A stretch of 59,221 nucleotides of DNA, from contig JACWAD010000048.1 of NCBI GenBank assembly GCA_014874175.1, positions 1-59,221 of the forward strand. The letters run 5' to 3'. The notes under the pieces are model-generated. The model saw only the letters and a program-made list of their open reading frames with translations, had not been told where the DNA came from and did not search any database. This DNA comes from Thermoleophilia bacterium. GTDB taxonomy: Bacteria; Actinomycetota; Thermoleophilia; BMS3ABIN01. The translations under genes were made by a program, and so were the position numbers. The number at the start of each line of letters is the position of its first letter. Position 1 is the stretch's first letter. Below, piece by piece: positions 59,112-59,221 of this stretch.

Positions 59112-59221
59112 TTACCCTTTTTCCAACTCGATTTTGCCGCGAAGGCCGTCGATCCTGACTACGCGTACGCCGATACGGTCTCCCAGCCTCCAGGCGCGTC
59201 CCCGCCGGCGGCCAACCAGGG
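59112..59221 (-). CDS. rnr: 3' end of an RNase R-like gene (C-terminal S1 domain), partial at the right edge
   Basis: The minus strand reads ...LVGRRRGRAWRLGDRIGVRVVRIDGLRGKIELEKG* (stop 59112-14). The GD.I.V.V..ID...KI.LE pattern and its position upstream of smpB fit rnr. Confidence 0.55.
   Translation of the reverse strand, partial: LVGRRRGRAWRLGDRIGVRVVRIDGLRGKIELEKG

Overview
High-GC bacterial chromosomal window (GC judged by eye at about 60% or more, not computed) that spans the replication origin. On the minus strand it carries dnaA-dnaN-recF-DUF721-gyrB-gyrA. A DnaA-box cluster lies upstream of dnaA and an about 81% AT stretch lies between dnaA and dnaN. On the plus side of the boxes, a ParA-like ATPase gene overlaps ftsZ. 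Left of the origin are a type II fatty-acid synthesis block (fabZ-fabH-fabK-fabD-fabG-fabF-accD-accA, with no acpP), an LPXTG surface protein, proA, a 1103-aa hybrid histidine kinase, a small-ORF/GalT-like/class II aldolase/selD gene string, transporters, a dynamin-like GTPase, a two-subunit 2-oxoacid:ferredoxin oxidoreductase, pyrE, rplM-rpsI and an IS30 transposase fragment at the left edge. Right of the origin are a stand-alone tRNA-Ile(GAT), a stretch of broken or truncated genes, a qcrC-qcrA-qcrB cytochrome bc operon, smpB and the 3' end of an RNase R gene. The dnaA..gyrA order with DUF721, the qcrCAB order and the LPXTG substrate suggest a monoderm, Actinomycetota-like lineage; this is inference only. 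The best-supported non-obvious call is that selD is a selenoprotein gene: an in-frame TGA sits at the catalytic Cys position with a hairpin just downstream, and the ORF track truncates it. Other items worth follow-up: a bipartite-looking oriC; alternative RNA pairings in the gyrB-gyrA spacer; an 8-Cys module splitting a PAS domain in the big kinase; a 24-nt (GGATGGT)x2 motif directly after two unrelated stop codons; palindromes inside the fab operon; a co-directional trio of mostly archaeal-type unknown-function genes; and several gene disruptions, two of them exactly at homopolymers. I found no CRISPR array, rRNA gene, tmRNA or recognisable defence system, and I cannot point to a clearly novel multi-gene system with confidence.
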